From an uncultured Flavobacteriales bacterium (lineage in GTDB: Bacteria > Bacteroidota > Bacteroidia > Flavobacteriales_D > CAJJDF01), in assembly GCA_905182785.1 (NCBI GenBank), contig CAJJDF010000031.1, positions 16 to 64,015 on the forward strand: DNA of 64,000 bases, written 5' to 3'. Positions 47,854 to 57,922 of the stretch are shown in pieces. Every line of letters starts with the position of its first letter. Position 1 is the stretch's first letter. A model generated the notes under the pieces. That model was not told the DNA's origin and made no database searches. It was given only the letters and a program-made list of their open reading frames with translations. Position numbers and translations under genes: made by a program.

Positions 47854-49107
47854 TTATTTAGTAACAATCATTTTCTTAGTAATCTTGTTTCCGTTAACTA
47901 AGATAGAGTAGAAATAGATTCCTGAATTTAATTCAGCAGTATTTACTTCTATTGAATAAACTCCTGGGTTTTTGTTTCCTTCAATAGTTGAAACAACTTT
48001 CTTACCTGTTACATCAATCATTTCAAAAGAAATGTTCGCTTCGTTTTCTAAAGAATATCTAACAGTTGTAATTCCGTTTGAAGGGTTAGGGTAGTTTTGA
48101 AATAAAGCAGCATCACTTTCATTTTCTATTACAGAAATAGAATTAGTTTGAGAAAGTACAATATCCATATCAATTGATTCAAATAGTCCAGCAGTATAAG
48201 CTAAATAAGGAATGTACCAACCATACCAAGATGAAGCTGCATCGTATTTAGAGCTATTATTGACCCAAGATGATCCATTGTGATCATTTGGTAAGTAGTT
48301 ACTAAATGTTCCGTCTCCGTTCAATTCAGCAGTATAAACTGAAAAACTTCCTATTCTTTCTCCTAAAGTATCAACAAATGGAGTGTAAGTACCTCCTGGC
48401 TTATAGTCAATAGTAATAGCAAAAATACTAGGAACAGTTAATCCTCCTGTTACAGCTATTGGGTATTGTAATCCGTTTGATAATGTATCTCCTGGTAACA
48501 ATGGCACTTTGTATTCTGCAATTACACCTGATCCATCATTCAATAATGCCATGAATCTGGCCGTATCATTACTTGAAGGGTAAGAAGTTGCCATACCAGT
48601 AAAATAGTATTCACGTGATAAGTTTACTCCACTTGTTCCAGTTATAACTCTGTAAATTACTGTATCTACGATACCGTCTCTACCTTGAGTATAGTTACTG
48701 TATACAGCAATACTGTCTAATGTAGATGTAGCTGCTGGATCAAAACCATCTTTAAGTGAAAGAATTGAACTATTGATTACTTCTGAACTTAAATCAAATG
48801 TCATAGCCAAAGAACTACAAAAAGGATAATTGTATGTTCCACCGAAATCAGCATTTACTGTAGAATCTGGAAAAACGTAATATAAATCATAATCTGGAGT
48901 AGAAGAGTAATAACTACTAGACATGTCAACAAAATTAACAGTTGCATTCGAAATTATAGATCTACTAGAATTTGTGTTTAAAGTTCTAGTTTGTCTATCG
49001 GCTCTTTTTTTAGTTGCTTCTTTGAATTCTGAGGTGTTTAATGGAGCTTGCCCAAAAGCACTTGCTACAAATAGCGTCCCTGCTAAGATTGAATAAAATT
49101 TTTTCAT
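47854..49107 (-). CDS. secreted protein with T9SS C-terminal sorting domain (paralogue B)
   Basis: The start was taken at MKKFYSILAGTLFVASAFGQ (ATG 49107). Same FVDM.SSYYSSTPDYD.YY.FPD core and CTD as paralogue A. A TAtaTTTG box lies at 49140-49147. Confidence 0.7.
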   Translation of the reverse strand: MKKFYSILAGTLFVASAFGQAPLNTSEFKEATKKRADRQTRTLNTNSSRSIISNATVNFVDMSSSYYSSTPDYDLYYVFPDSTVNADFGGTYNYPFCSSLAMTFDLSSEVINSSILSLKDGFDPAATSTLDSIAVYSNYTQGRDGIVDTVIYRVITGTSGVNLSREYYFTGMATSYPSSNDTARFMALLNDGSGVIAEYKVPLLPGDTLSNGLQYPIAVTGGLTVPSIFAITIDYKPGGTYTPFVDTLGERIGSFSVYTAELNGDGTFSNYLPNDHNGSSWVNNSSKYDAASSWYGWYIPYLAYTAGLFESIDMDIVLSQTNSISVIENESDAALFQNYPNPSNGITTVRYSLENEANISFEMIDVTGKKVVSTIEGNKNPGVYSIEVNTAELNSGIYFYSILVNGNKITKKMIVTK

Positions 49108-49219
49108 TGGATTGTGTGTTTTATTGTTTAATATAGTCTCAAATATAATACTTAAATTTAACAAAACCATCTCGTTTAATAATTTTTTCTTAATTTAGTA
49201 GGAATAATTTAACACTATA

Positions 49220-51076
49220 ATGAATATGAAAAAAACAATACTTTCAATTTTGGGTCTATCTCTTTCAATATCTATGATGGCACAATCGAGCAACTCATTC
49301 CCAAAAGCTAACATAGACATAGAGATGAAGTCTAGCAAAAAGGCAGATGGTTCTGAAGTTGTGACAGGTCCTTTTGCAACTAATCCAATGACAAGGTCTG
49401 CAATGAGCTACACAGTAATAGGAAATACGGTCTATGATTTACAAACAAATGGTACAAGCCAAAGAAGATTAATTAACCATACTGACGGAACTCTATCTGC
49501 AACATGGACAATGGATAACGGTTCTTCACCTTACTCAAATAGAGGTGCTGGATATAATTATAAAAGTACATCTGCTTGGGGTTCTTTTCCAATATCAAAA
49601 GTAGAATCAACAAGAAATGGATGGCCTGCATTAGCTTCTGGAGCGGTTAATAACAATGAGTTTATAGTTAGTCATTCTGGATCTGGAGGACTTACCCTTA
49701 ATAAAAGAAGTACAAAAGGTGCTGGTGCTTGGATAGAATCTATAATTCCTACAACTATTCCAACTGGTTATGATGTATTATGGCCAAGAGCTGTGGTTGG
49801 AGGGGGTAAAGATAGTACCCTACATGTTATCGCAATTGTAAGACATTCTACAACCGGAGGACCTGCTTTTAAAGGCTTAACAAATGCTTTAGTTTATTAC
49901 CGATCTAAAAACTTAGGGGCAACATGGGATATTCAAGATTCTATTTTACCTGGGCTAGATTCTTCTTTCTTTTCTTATGTATCTGCAGATGCTTATTCAA
50001 TAGATGCTAGAGGTGATGTAGTAGCAATTGCTTCTTACAACTCATGGGGAGATGTATTAGTATTTAAGTCTACTAATAATGGGAATTCTTGGACAAAAAC
50101 TATTGTTAATGATTTTCCAATTAACAAATATGTAATTGATGATGGATCTGATGCTAATGGTGATGGATCTTTTGACACAATTTCATCATGTGATGGTTCT
50201 GGATCTTTGTTATTAGATAACACAGGAGGAGTTCATGTATTTTATGGCCTAACAAGGGTATTAGATTCTGACACTACGGATGATGGTACTTCTTACTTCC
50301 CAGGGACAAATGGTTTAGCATATTGGAACGAAGGTTTTGGTGCTGATTCTACGCAAGTAATTACCGGGGCATTAGATTTGGATGGGTCAGGACAATTAGA
50401 GGTTGTACCTTCTGGAGGTTCTTTTCCAAGTTACCAAGTTGGATTATCAAGTATGCCGAGTTGTGGAATTAGTTCAAACAACACCCTTTATTTAGTTTAT
50501 GCGGCTATGGCAGAAACTCACTCTAATGGTGTACAGGTTTACAGGCATTTGTACGTAATGAATTCTTATGACGGAGGAGCTACTTGGTCTGATCCTGAAG
50601 ATTATACGCCAGATTTTGAATATGCAATTTACGAAGCAGTTTATCCATCTATGGCTAAACATGTAGATTCCGCTATTCATATTATATACATGAGAGATTT
50701 TGAACCAGGTCAATCTGTTTCTGGAGATTTGGATGCTGCAGCAATTCAAGACATAGTTTACTTGAATATTGACACTGCTCTTATCGAACAATTTAGTTCT
50801 ATCAAAGAAAAAGTTATTGATTACAACGTTACTTTGTTTCCTAACCCAGCTAGTGACATTTTAAATGTGAGAATTAGTACACAAACAAGTGTAAATGATA
50901 ATGTAACTATTTCATTGATTGATGCTTTGGGTAGAACAGTGAACTCTTTTGGAGATAAACTAATTGGTAAATCTGCTCAGTTTTCTATGGATGTTTCTGA
51001 ACTTAAAAACGGAATGTATTTCTTAAGAATTCAGTCAAAAACTGGATTAATTACTAAATCATTCGTGAAAAAGTAA
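49220..51076 (+). CDS. BNR/Asp-box (sialidase-like beta-propeller) protein with T9SS C-terminal sorting domain
   Basis: Signal peptide, three Asp-box motifs (SKNLGATW, STNNGNSW, SYDGGATW) and a CTD (LFPNPASDILNVRI...GMYFLRIQS). Confidence 0.7.
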   Translation: MNMKKTILSILGLSLSISMMAQSSNSFPKANIDIEMKSSKKADGSEVVTGPFATNPMTRSAMSYTVIGNTVYDLQTNGTSQRRLINHTDGTLSATWTMDNGSSPYSNRGAGYNYKSTSAWGSFPISKVESTRNGWPALASGAVNNNEFIVSHSGSGGLTLNKRSTKGAGAWIESIIPTTIPTGYDVLWPRAVVGGGKDSTLHVIAIVRHSTTGGPAFKGLTNALVYYRSKNLGATWDIQDSILPGLDSSFFSYVSADAYSIDARGDVVAIASYNSWGDVLVFKSTNNGNSWTKTIVNDFPINKYVIDDGSDANGDGSFDTISSCDGSGSLLLDNTGGVHVFYGLTRVLDSDTTDDGTSYFPGTNGLAYWNEGFGADSTQVITGALDLDGSGQLEVVPSGGSFPSYQVGLSSMPSCGISSNNTLYLVYAAMAETHSNGVQVYRHLYVMNSYDGGATWSDPEDYTPDFEYAIYEAVYPSMAKHVDSAIHIIYMRDFEPGQSVSGDLDAAAIQDIVYLNIDTALIEQFSSIKEKVIDYNVTLFPNPASDILNVRISTQTSVNDNVTISLIDALGRTVNSFGDKLIGKSAQFSMDVSELKNGMYFLRIQSKTGLITKSFVKK

Positions 51077-51098
51077 AATCACAATTGAATTAAATTCT

Positions 51099-51134
51099 GA
51101 GCCTCACAATTATTTTGTGAGGCTCTTTTTTTTT
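51099..51134 (+). terminator. intrinsic terminator
   Basis: Stem gagcctcacaa/ttgtgaggctc (11 bp, 5-nt loop) followed by T9. Confidence 0.8.
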
Positions 51135-51157
51135 ATCTTTGATTTTAATTCGCATTC

Positions 51158-51913
51158 ATGGAAGTCAAAATTTCGGCAGTAATAATCACATTTAATGAAG
51201 AAAAGAACATTGAAAGATGCCTTGTTTCATTAGCTGATATTGTAGATGAAATTGTAGTGGTCGATTCTTTTTCTACTGACAAAACCAAGGATATTTGTGA
51301 ATCTCTTGGAGTGAAATTTATAACCCACAAATTCGAAGGCCATATCCAGCAGAAAAACTGGGCAATAACCCAAGCGAACAATAAAATTATACTTTCTGTT
51401 GATGCAGACGAAGCTATTTCTAAGGGATTAAAAAACTCTATTTTAGAGGTAAAAAAAGACTGGAAATCTGACGGTTATTCATTTAATAGAATGACAAATT
51501 ATTGCGGTAAATGGATAAAATATGGACTTTGGTATCCAGATGTAAAATTAAGATTATGGGATTCTACTAAGGGAAATTGGGGAGGGAAAAATCCTCACGA
51601 TACTTATATTTTAAAAGAAAATACAACTCAAAAACATTTGAAAAGAGATTTGCTACATTATAGTTATTACACCATTGAGGAACACAGATTACAAGCAGAT
51701 AAATTTGCAAAAATCGCCTCTATTGCTTACCATGAGGCTGGGAAAAAATCAAGTGCTTTTAAAATAGTTTTTAGTCCAATCTCTCGGTTTATTTCAAGCT
51801 ATATTATGAATCGTGGATTCCTAGACGGAAAAGCTGGATTAACAATTGCTGTTATTTCTTACAAAGAAACAAAGCAAAAATACAAGCTTCTAAAACAGTT
51901 ACAAAATAGTTGA
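51158..51913 (+). CDS. glycosyltransferase family 2 (LPS-core type)
   Basis: SAVIITFNEEKNIERCL...VVVDSFSTDKT and DADE motifs. Confidence 0.85.
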   Translation: MEVKISAVIITFNEEKNIERCLVSLADIVDEIVVVDSFSTDKTKDICESLGVKFITHKFEGHIQQKNWAITQANNKIILSVDADEAISKGLKNSILEVKKDWKSDGYSFNRMTNYCGKWIKYGLWYPDVKLRLWDSTKGNWGGKNPHDTYILKENTTQKHLKRDLLHYSYYTIEEHRLQADKFAKIASIAYHEAGKKSSAFKIVFSPISRFISSYIMNRGFLDGKAGLTIAVISYKETKQKYKLLKQLQNS

Positions 51914-52885
51914 AAACTGTCGTTTCACTTCCTGTAACGTATCAAATATTTCTTCTGCTTCAAATGAAGTAACTAATTTCATTCTTAATGGTTTGAAGTC
52001 TGGAATTCCTTTAAAATAATTGGAATAATGCCTTCTCATTTCTACAATACCTTCCCTCTCTCCTTTCCACTCTAAGGACATTTCTAAATGTTTTTTCACC
52101 ACATCTACCCTTTCTTCAATGGAGGGCATTCCTAGTTCTTCTCCTGTTGCAATAAAATGTTTTACTTGCTTAAAAAACCAAGGGTTTCCTATACTTGCTC
52201 TTCCAATCATTACACCATCTACTCCGTATCTATTTTTATATTCTACCGCTTTTTGAGGAGTGTTTATGTCTCCGTTTCCAAATACAGGAATGTGCATTCT
52301 TGAGTTATGCTTTACTTGGGAAATTAAATCCCAATCAGCTTCGCCTTTGTACATTTGTTTTCTGGTACGCCCATGAATAGAAATTGCTTTTATTCCAACA
52401 TCTTGAAGTCTTTCTGCTACTTCTACTATGTACTTGGTGTCTTCGTCCCAACCCAATCTTGTCTTCACTGTAACCGGCAAATGAGTAGACTTTACAATCT
52501 CCCTGGTCATCTCCACCATTTTAGGAATATCTTGTAATATCCCAGCTCCGGCTCCTTTTCCAGCTACTTTTTTTACTGGGCAACCGTAATTAATATCAAT
52601 AATATCCGGATTTGCACCCTGAGTAACTTCAGTTGCTTTTCGCATAGAATCAATACTTGATCCAAAAATTTGAATTCCAACTGGCCTTTCATATTCAAAA
52701 ATATCTAACTTTTTTACACTTTTAGCTGCATCACGAATCAATCCTTCAGAGGAAATAAATTCTGTGTACATTAAATCTGCTCCGTATTGTTTACACAAAG
52801 CACGAAATGGCGGATCACTCACATCCTCCATAGGTGCAAGTAACAATGGGAAATCTCCCAATTCTATGTCTGCAATTTTTACCAA
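51899..52885 (-). CDS. dusB: tRNA-dihydrouridine synthase
   Basis: LLLAPMEDVSDPPFR, NYGCP and IHGRTR motifs. Apparent TTG start, with a TAtaTTTG box at 52915-52922. Confidence 0.9.
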   Translation of the reverse strand: MVKIADIELGDFPLLLAPMEDVSDPPFRALCKQYGADLMYTEFISSEGLIRDAAKSVKKLDIFEYERPVGIQIFGSSIDSMRKATEVTQGANPDIIDINYGCPVKKVAGKGAGAGILQDIPKMVEMTREIVKSTHLPVTVKTRLGWDEDTKYIVEVAERLQDVGIKAISIHGRTRKQMYKGEADWDLISQVKHNSRMHIPVFGNGDINTPQKAVEYKNRYGVDGVMIGRASIGNPWFFKQVKHFIATGEELGMPSIEERVDVVKKHLEMSLEWKGEREGIVEMRRHYSNYFKGIPDFKPLRMKLVTSFEAEEIFDTLQEVKRQFSTIL

Positions 52886-52923
52886 AGTTTATAAATTTCT
52901 GTTTTATTTTGGGACAAATATAA

Positions 52924-52931
52924 TACCTTTG
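52924..52931 (+). promoter_or_regulatory. -7 box TAccTTTG, 5 nt upstream of the ATG at 52937
   Basis: Exact TAnnTTTG match. It sits back-to-back (1-nt gap) with the minus-strand box at 52915-52922. Confidence 0.35.
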
Positions 52932-52936
52932 AATCT

Positions 52937-53827
52937 ATGGTTTTAGATTTTACTAAAGGAAAATACGGGTTACAGCTAATTATTCTCTTATTCATATTGT
53001 TAATCAGTGGATTAATATTTCAATTATTAGGGGTTACAATCATAAATTCTGTTTTTAATTTTGATTTTACTAACCTAACGGCAAATAATTCCTCTCAATT
53101 AATCATGGAAAACGAAAATGGCTACTGGATATTTTTCGTCTTAATAGCTCTGAACAGCTTGGGAATGTTTATTGTCTCTAGTGTATTTTTTGCAAAACTG
53201 ATGAGCGAAAATCCTTCTAGATATTTGTCTTTAAATTCTAAACCTCCCCTCAACTTTATTACACTTCTTCCATTTTTTTCAATGTCAGGGTTAATTCTAG
53301 TCAGTTTTATGGGAGAACTGAATATGAAGCTAAACTTACCTGAAGTTTTTAATGTTATGGAAGATGATGCAAACGAACTCATTAACTATATAATTTCTTT
53401 CAAAAGTTCGGGAAAAATATTCGCTACAATACTATTAATGGCTTTACTTCCTGCCATTGGCGAAGAGCTTTTCTTTAGAGGGATTGTTCAGAAAATCCTA
53501 ATTAAATGGACTAAAAAAAATTGGGTTGGGATTTTGATTACAGCTTTTATTTTTAGTGCAATTCACATGCAGTTTCTTACTTTTCTTCCACGATTTTTTA
53601 TGGGAATAATGTTAGGTTATTTATTTGTGTGGTCACGTAATTTATTAATTCCTATCATTGCCCACTTACTGCATAATTTAATCAGTATTCTAGTTGCAAT
53701 GAATTCGGAGATTCCAGAAATAGAAAATCCTGAGTTTAATAATCTCTGGCTCGTAATCGTTTCATTTGTTATTATTGCTTTGATCAGCTATCGCTATTAT
53801 TCACTTTCAAGAAAAACTAATGTTTGA
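52937..53827 (+). CDS. CPBP family intramembrane glutamic endopeptidase (CAAX protease-like)
   Basis: Polytopic membrane protein with the GEELFFRG, FSAIH and HLLHN motifs. Confidence 0.8.
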   Translation: MVLDFTKGKYGLQLIILLFILLISGLIFQLLGVTIINSVFNFDFTNLTANNSSQLIMENENGYWIFFVLIALNSLGMFIVSSVFFAKLMSENPSRYLSLNSKPPLNFITLLPFFSMSGLILVSFMGELNMKLNLPEVFNVMEDDANELINYIISFKSSGKIFATILLMALLPAIGEELFFRGIVQKILIKWTKKNWVGILITAFIFSAIHMQFLTFLPRFFMGIMLGYLFVWSRNLLIPIIAHLLHNLISILVAMNSEIPEIENPEFNNLWLVIVSFVIIALISYRYYSLSRKTNV

Positions 53828-54518
53828 CAAAACGAAAGCGATAATATTGAAAAAGACAGTGCTGCCAGGGAATGGCCTTATTGTAAAAATGTACACGCAA
53901 GAGTTTGGGGTGAGATCCTACTTTGGAAGAATTTCTAAAAAAGCTAAAAACTTATATTTACCTCTTTCTGTAGTTAATATTACCGTGTACAACAATCCTA
54001 AAAAAAACATTCAAAATATTAAGGAATATGAGTTAGACATTCCTTTTAGGTCAATTTATCAAAACATTTATAAGTCTAATATTTTATTGTTTATCAATGA
54101 AGTATTAAATCAAGTAATTCAGGAAGAAGAACAAAATTTAGCCAAATTTCAATTTATTGAAAATAGCTTATTGCGTTTAGAAAAAGATAAATTATCCATG
54201 GATTTTCATTTAGTTTTCCTCATGCAACTGACGCAATTTTTAGGTTTTGAACCCAGTATGGATTCAGATAAAATCTACTTTGATTTAGAAGAAGGAGAAT
54301 TAACCAATTTCATTCCTGTGCATTCAAATTTTTTGGATGCACAGGAATCTATTTTATTAAAATCTCTGTATGAATTGTCTTTTGGAATAAGTAATAATTT
54401 GAATTTTGACAACAAATCAAGGAAAAGAACACTACAAATTCTTGTCACTTATTACAAATACCACACAGACATGAAGGACTTAAAATCTCTTCAAGTACTG
54501 GAAACTGTTTTTAATTAA
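53820..54518 (+). CDS. recO: DNA repair protein RecO
   Basis: 232 aa with an N-terminal OB-fold pattern (KTKAIILKKTVLPGNGLIVKMYTQEFG). It overlaps the upstream gene by 8 nt. Confidence 0.75.
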   Translation: MFDKTKAIILKKTVLPGNGLIVKMYTQEFGVRSYFGRISKKAKNLYLPLSVVNITVYNNPKKNIQNIKEYELDIPFRSIYQNIYKSNILLFINEVLNQVIQEEEQNLAKFQFIENSLLRLEKDKLSMDFHLVFLMQLTQFLGFEPSMDSDKIYFDLEEGELTNFIPVHSNFLDAQESILLKSLYELSFGISNNLNFDNKSRKRTLQILVTYYKYHTDMKDLKSLQVLETVFN

Positions 54519-54581
54519 TCGCATTTAATAATTAATTAAGCTAGGTGTCTTATCTTTAAAGATTAAATAGAAAAAATAATC

Positions 54582-55712
54582 ATGAAACTAAAACACATTC
54601 TTCTTCCTATCTCCTTCATATTGGCTAATTCATGCCAAATGAATGAGGAAACAACAGATGAAATTAAAATAGAAATTAAGCTTCCAAAAAACATAATTTT
54701 AATGATTGGGGATGGAATGGGAATTTCACAAATCACTGCTGGGATGTATGCCAACAATGGGTATCTGAATCTGGAAAGATGCAAAGTTATTGGGTTAATT
54801 AAAACTCATTCTGATGATGACTTAATTACAGATTCTGCTGCTGGAGCAACTGCTTTTGCTACTGGTAAAAAAACAAAAAATGGGATGATTTCTCAAGCAA
54901 TGAAGGACAGTGCGGATTATAAAACTTTTATAGAATATGCAGAAGAAAACAAGAAAGCTACCGGAATTATTGTGACCAGTACAGTTACACACGCCACTCC
55001 TGCTTGTTTTTATGCCCATTTCCCAAGAAGGTATGAAGCAAATGGACCTATTTCTAAGCAATTTATGGGAACAGGAATTGACGTATTGATTGGAGGTGGA
55101 AAACATTACTTTGAAAACAGAAAAGACGGAAGAAATTTATTGACAGAACTTGCAGCCAACAATTACACGGTTCTTGATACAATAAGCAAAGACCTGAACA
55201 CAAAAAATATTGACAAACTAGTGTATCTATATTCTCCTTACCAACCCGGAAAATTAGTTTTTACACAGGGAGATGAGTTTCCTTCTAGAGGTCCAATCTT
55301 ACCTTTGGCTACAGAAAAAGCTTTGGAGGTTTTGAAGAAAGATACCAATGGGTTTTTTATGATGGTAGAAGGTTCTCAGATAGACTGGGGCGGGCATAAT
55401 AATGATTCGGAATACATAATAAACGAAGTAAAAGACTTTGATAAGGCGATTCAAAAAGTGTTAGATTTCGCTCAATTGGATGGAGAAACTTTAGTAATTA
55501 TTACTGCCGATCATGAAACTGGGGGTTACGCCATAATTGATGGAAACAAAGATGGAACTAATCTTAAGGGAGGTTTTTCTACCTTGCACCACAGTGCTTC
55601 CATGATTCCTGTTTTTGCTTATGGGAAAGGGGCAGAAGAGTTTGCTGGAATTTATGACAATACCGAGATTTTCAACAAAATGATGACTGCTTTTGGGTAT
55701 TCAACTAAATAA
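54582..55712 (+). CDS. alkaline phosphatase (PhoA family) lipoprotein
   Basis: Lipobox LANSC, plus the motifs GDGMGISQ, TDSAAGATAFATG (active-site Ser) and DWGGH/ADHETGG. Confidence 0.85.
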   Translation: MKLKHILLPISFILANSCQMNEETTDEIKIEIKLPKNIILMIGDGMGISQITAGMYANNGYLNLERCKVIGLIKTHSDDDLITDSAAGATAFATGKKTKNGMISQAMKDSADYKTFIEYAEENKKATGIIVTSTVTHATPACFYAHFPRRYEANGPISKQFMGTGIDVLIGGGKHYFENRKDGRNLLTELAANNYTVLDTISKDLNTKNIDKLVYLYSPYQPGKLVFTQGDEFPSRGPILPLATEKALEVLKKDTNGFFMMVEGSQIDWGGHNNDSEYIINEVKDFDKAIQKVLDFAQLDGETLVIITADHETGGYAIIDGNKDGTNLKGGFSTLHHSASMIPVFAYGKGAEEFAGIYDNTEIFNKMMTAFGYSTK

Positions 55713-55714
55713 GT

Positions 55715-56191
55715 ATGGCAGAAGATTTAACAATTTCGAACAACATTTCGAAAGAAGAACAATACAAAGAACTCATTCCTCAATTACAAGCATTAATAAT
55801 TGAAGAGACTGATTTAATTGCCAACTTGGCTAATCTTTCTGCTGGGTTAAAAGAAGCTTTTGATTTTCTGTGGATAGGATTTTACCTAGTCAAAAACAAT
55901 GAATTAGTTTTAGGACCGTTTCAAGGACCAGTAGCTTGCACAAGAATTCAAAAAGGGAAAGGAGTTTGCGGAAGTTCCTGGGAAAAAGCCGAAACCTTGA
56001 TTGTTGCAGATGTAACAAAGTTTGAAGGACACATAGCTTGCAGTTCCTGGTCACAATCCGAAATAGTAATTCCTATTGTTAGAAATGCACAAGTTGTAGC
56101 TGTTCTTGATGTCGATAGCAAGGAATTGAATACCTTTGATGCTTTGGATGCCCATTTTTTAAGTATGTTGTTGAATGAAATAAAATTTTAA
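55715..56191 (+). CDS. GAF domain protein (free methionine-R-sulfoxide reductase-like)
   Basis: GKGVCG...GHIACSS.SQSEIVIPI pattern. Confidence 0.75.
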   Translation: MAEDLTISNNISKEEQYKELIPQLQALIIEETDLIANLANLSAGLKEAFDFLWIGFYLVKNNELVLGPFQGPVACTRIQKGKGVCGSSWEKAETLIVADVTKFEGHIACSSWSQSEIVIPIVRNAQVVAVLDVDSKELNTFDALDAHFLSMLLNEIKF

Positions 56192-56204
56192 ACCCTAATT
56201 TTAA

Positions 56205-57794
56205 TTGAAATTAATCCCTTTCATATTTGTTTTCTTAAGTGTTTTACTTTTGCAGAGTTGCGCACAAATCTCTGCTCCTACTGGCGGACCAGAAGACGTT
56301 ACTCCGCCTCAATTGGATTCTGCGGGGACTTTCCCTGCCAATTATTCTACCCATTTTGTGGGAGATAAAATCACTTTATCTTTTGACGAATTTTTTGTGC
56401 TAAAAAATCCAACTGCCAATGTTTTTTTCTCGCCTAGTTTAGAAGAAAGTCCTGAATTTTTAACTGCTGGAAAAACCTTGACTATACTTTTAAAAAATGA
56501 CCTAAAAGAAAATACCACTTACACCATAAACTTTGGGGATGCAATTTCTGATTACACCATGGGAAACCAAATCCCTGATTTTAAATATGTGTTTTCTACA
56601 GGAGATTTTCTAGATTCTATGGCTACTTCGGGTAAAATAATAGATGCATTTTCTGGAGAACCCAAAGAGGATGTTTTGGTTATGTTATACGAAGATTTCA
56701 CTGACTCAATAGTTTCAAAATCTAAACCTGTTTATTACACCAAGACTAATAAAACAGGCCTCTTTAGTATTAATTTTATAAAAGCTGGAAGTTACAAAAT
56801 AGCTGCTTTGGAAGATAAAAACAGAAATTTTAAGTACGATCTTCCCAATGAAATGATTGGTAGCTTGGATAGCTTATTAAACTTACGTGATACAAACTCT
56901 CAACACGGAGTTTCTATTTCTGTATTTGAAAGAGATCATGAAAAACAAAGTATTAATTCCAAAAAATATTCATTCCCTGGTAAGTTGGCTTTAAGTTTTC
57001 AAAGGGCTTCAGATACAGTTTTGATAATGGATAAAGAAGGAAATCCTATTGCTTTTCATTCTTTGGAATACTCAAAAAAAAGAGATTCGCTTATAGTTTG
57101 GAAGCCTGAGATTGAAAACAAAAAAAATGAACTAAAAATAAGATTAGATACCACCAACAAACTATACAATGTTTATGGATTTGTGACACCAAAAAAAGAC
57201 ACAGGGTTGAGCGTCATTTCTATTACCAAAACAATTGAAGTTGGGAGTCCTTTAGTTGTGAATTTTGATAGGCCAATTTCAACCTTTGACACTTCTTTGG
57301 TTAATCTGTTTCAGGATACAATCCTAATTGCTTTAGACAGCTTTAAAATAAATGCAAGAAGTCTTTCTATCTTTTTTAAGAAGAAAGAAGGTGTGAATTA
57401 TAAATATCAATTTATTTCCAATGCTTTTGAGGATATTTTTGGATTTACAAATAGTGATACCCTTTCTGGTTTTATCACAATACGAGAAGCCGATTATTAT
57501 GGAGTTTTTACTTTAAAACTCATAGCAGAAGATTCTTCTTCTTACCTCATTCAATTACTAAATGAAAAGAGCGATTTATTGAGGGAACAGACTGCAAATG
57601 GCAGTTCAACTATTTCGTTTGAGAAGCTTGCTCCAGGAAAGTATAAAATAAAAGCCATAAAGGACGAAAACCAAAATGGAAAATGGGACACGGGTGATTA
57701 TTATAAAAAAATAAAACCTGAACAGGTTTTATTTTTTGAGGTTCCAATCGAAATCCGTTCCAATTGGGAAGTAGCTGAGAGCTGGGAATTGTAA
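56205..57794 (+). CDS. Ig-like (Big_5/SbsA-type) domain lipoprotein
   Basis: TTG start and lipobox LLQSC, followed by an APTGGPEDVTPPQL...FDEFF motif. Confidence 0.6.
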   Translation: MKLIPFIFVFLSVLLLQSCAQISAPTGGPEDVTPPQLDSAGTFPANYSTHFVGDKITLSFDEFFVLKNPTANVFFSPSLEESPEFLTAGKTLTILLKNDLKENTTYTINFGDAISDYTMGNQIPDFKYVFSTGDFLDSMATSGKIIDAFSGEPKEDVLVMLYEDFTDSIVSKSKPVYYTKTNKTGLFSINFIKAGSYKIAALEDKNRNFKYDLPNEMIGSLDSLLNLRDTNSQHGVSISVFERDHEKQSINSKKYSFPGKLALSFQRASDTVLIMDKEGNPIAFHSLEYSKKRDSLIVWKPEIENKKNELKIRLDTTNKLYNVYGFVTPKKDTGLSVISITKTIEVGSPLVVNFDRPISTFDTSLVNLFQDTILIALDSFKINARSLSIFFKKKEGVNYKYQFISNAFEDIFGFTNSDTLSGFITIREADYYGVFTLKLIAEDSSSYLIQLLNEKSDLLREQTANGSSTISFEKLAPGKYKIKAIKDENQNGKWDTGDYYKKIKPEQVLFFEVPIEIRSNWEVAESWEL

Positions 57795-57865
57795 ATTTAC
57801 ATCTGCCATTCTCTTAGAAAAGGGAATAGCAGTCCGAGTATATTTCAAAATCATGGAAGGGGGCC

Positions 57866-57896
57866 AAAAAAAAAGCACCTTATTTTCATAAGATGC
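57866..57896 (-). terminator. intrinsic terminator ending the atp operon after atpG
   Basis: On the minus strand: gcatctta-tgaaaa-taaggtgc (8 bp, one mismatch) followed by T9. Confidence 0.65.
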
Positions 57897-57922
57897 TTTT
57901 CAAAATTTTAATTAATTATAGT

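Noticed and set aside
46333-51134. Possible genomic island integrated at tRNA-Val.
   Set aside because: There is no integrase or recombinase, no direct repeat of the tRNA 3' end downstream and no obvious compositional shift. The genes look like ordinary T9SS cargo.
51899-51913. 15-bp convergent overlap of the GT2 and dusB 3' ends as a possible antisense regulatory feature.
   Set aside because: Short 3'-end overlaps are common in compact genomes, and nothing else distinguishes the site.
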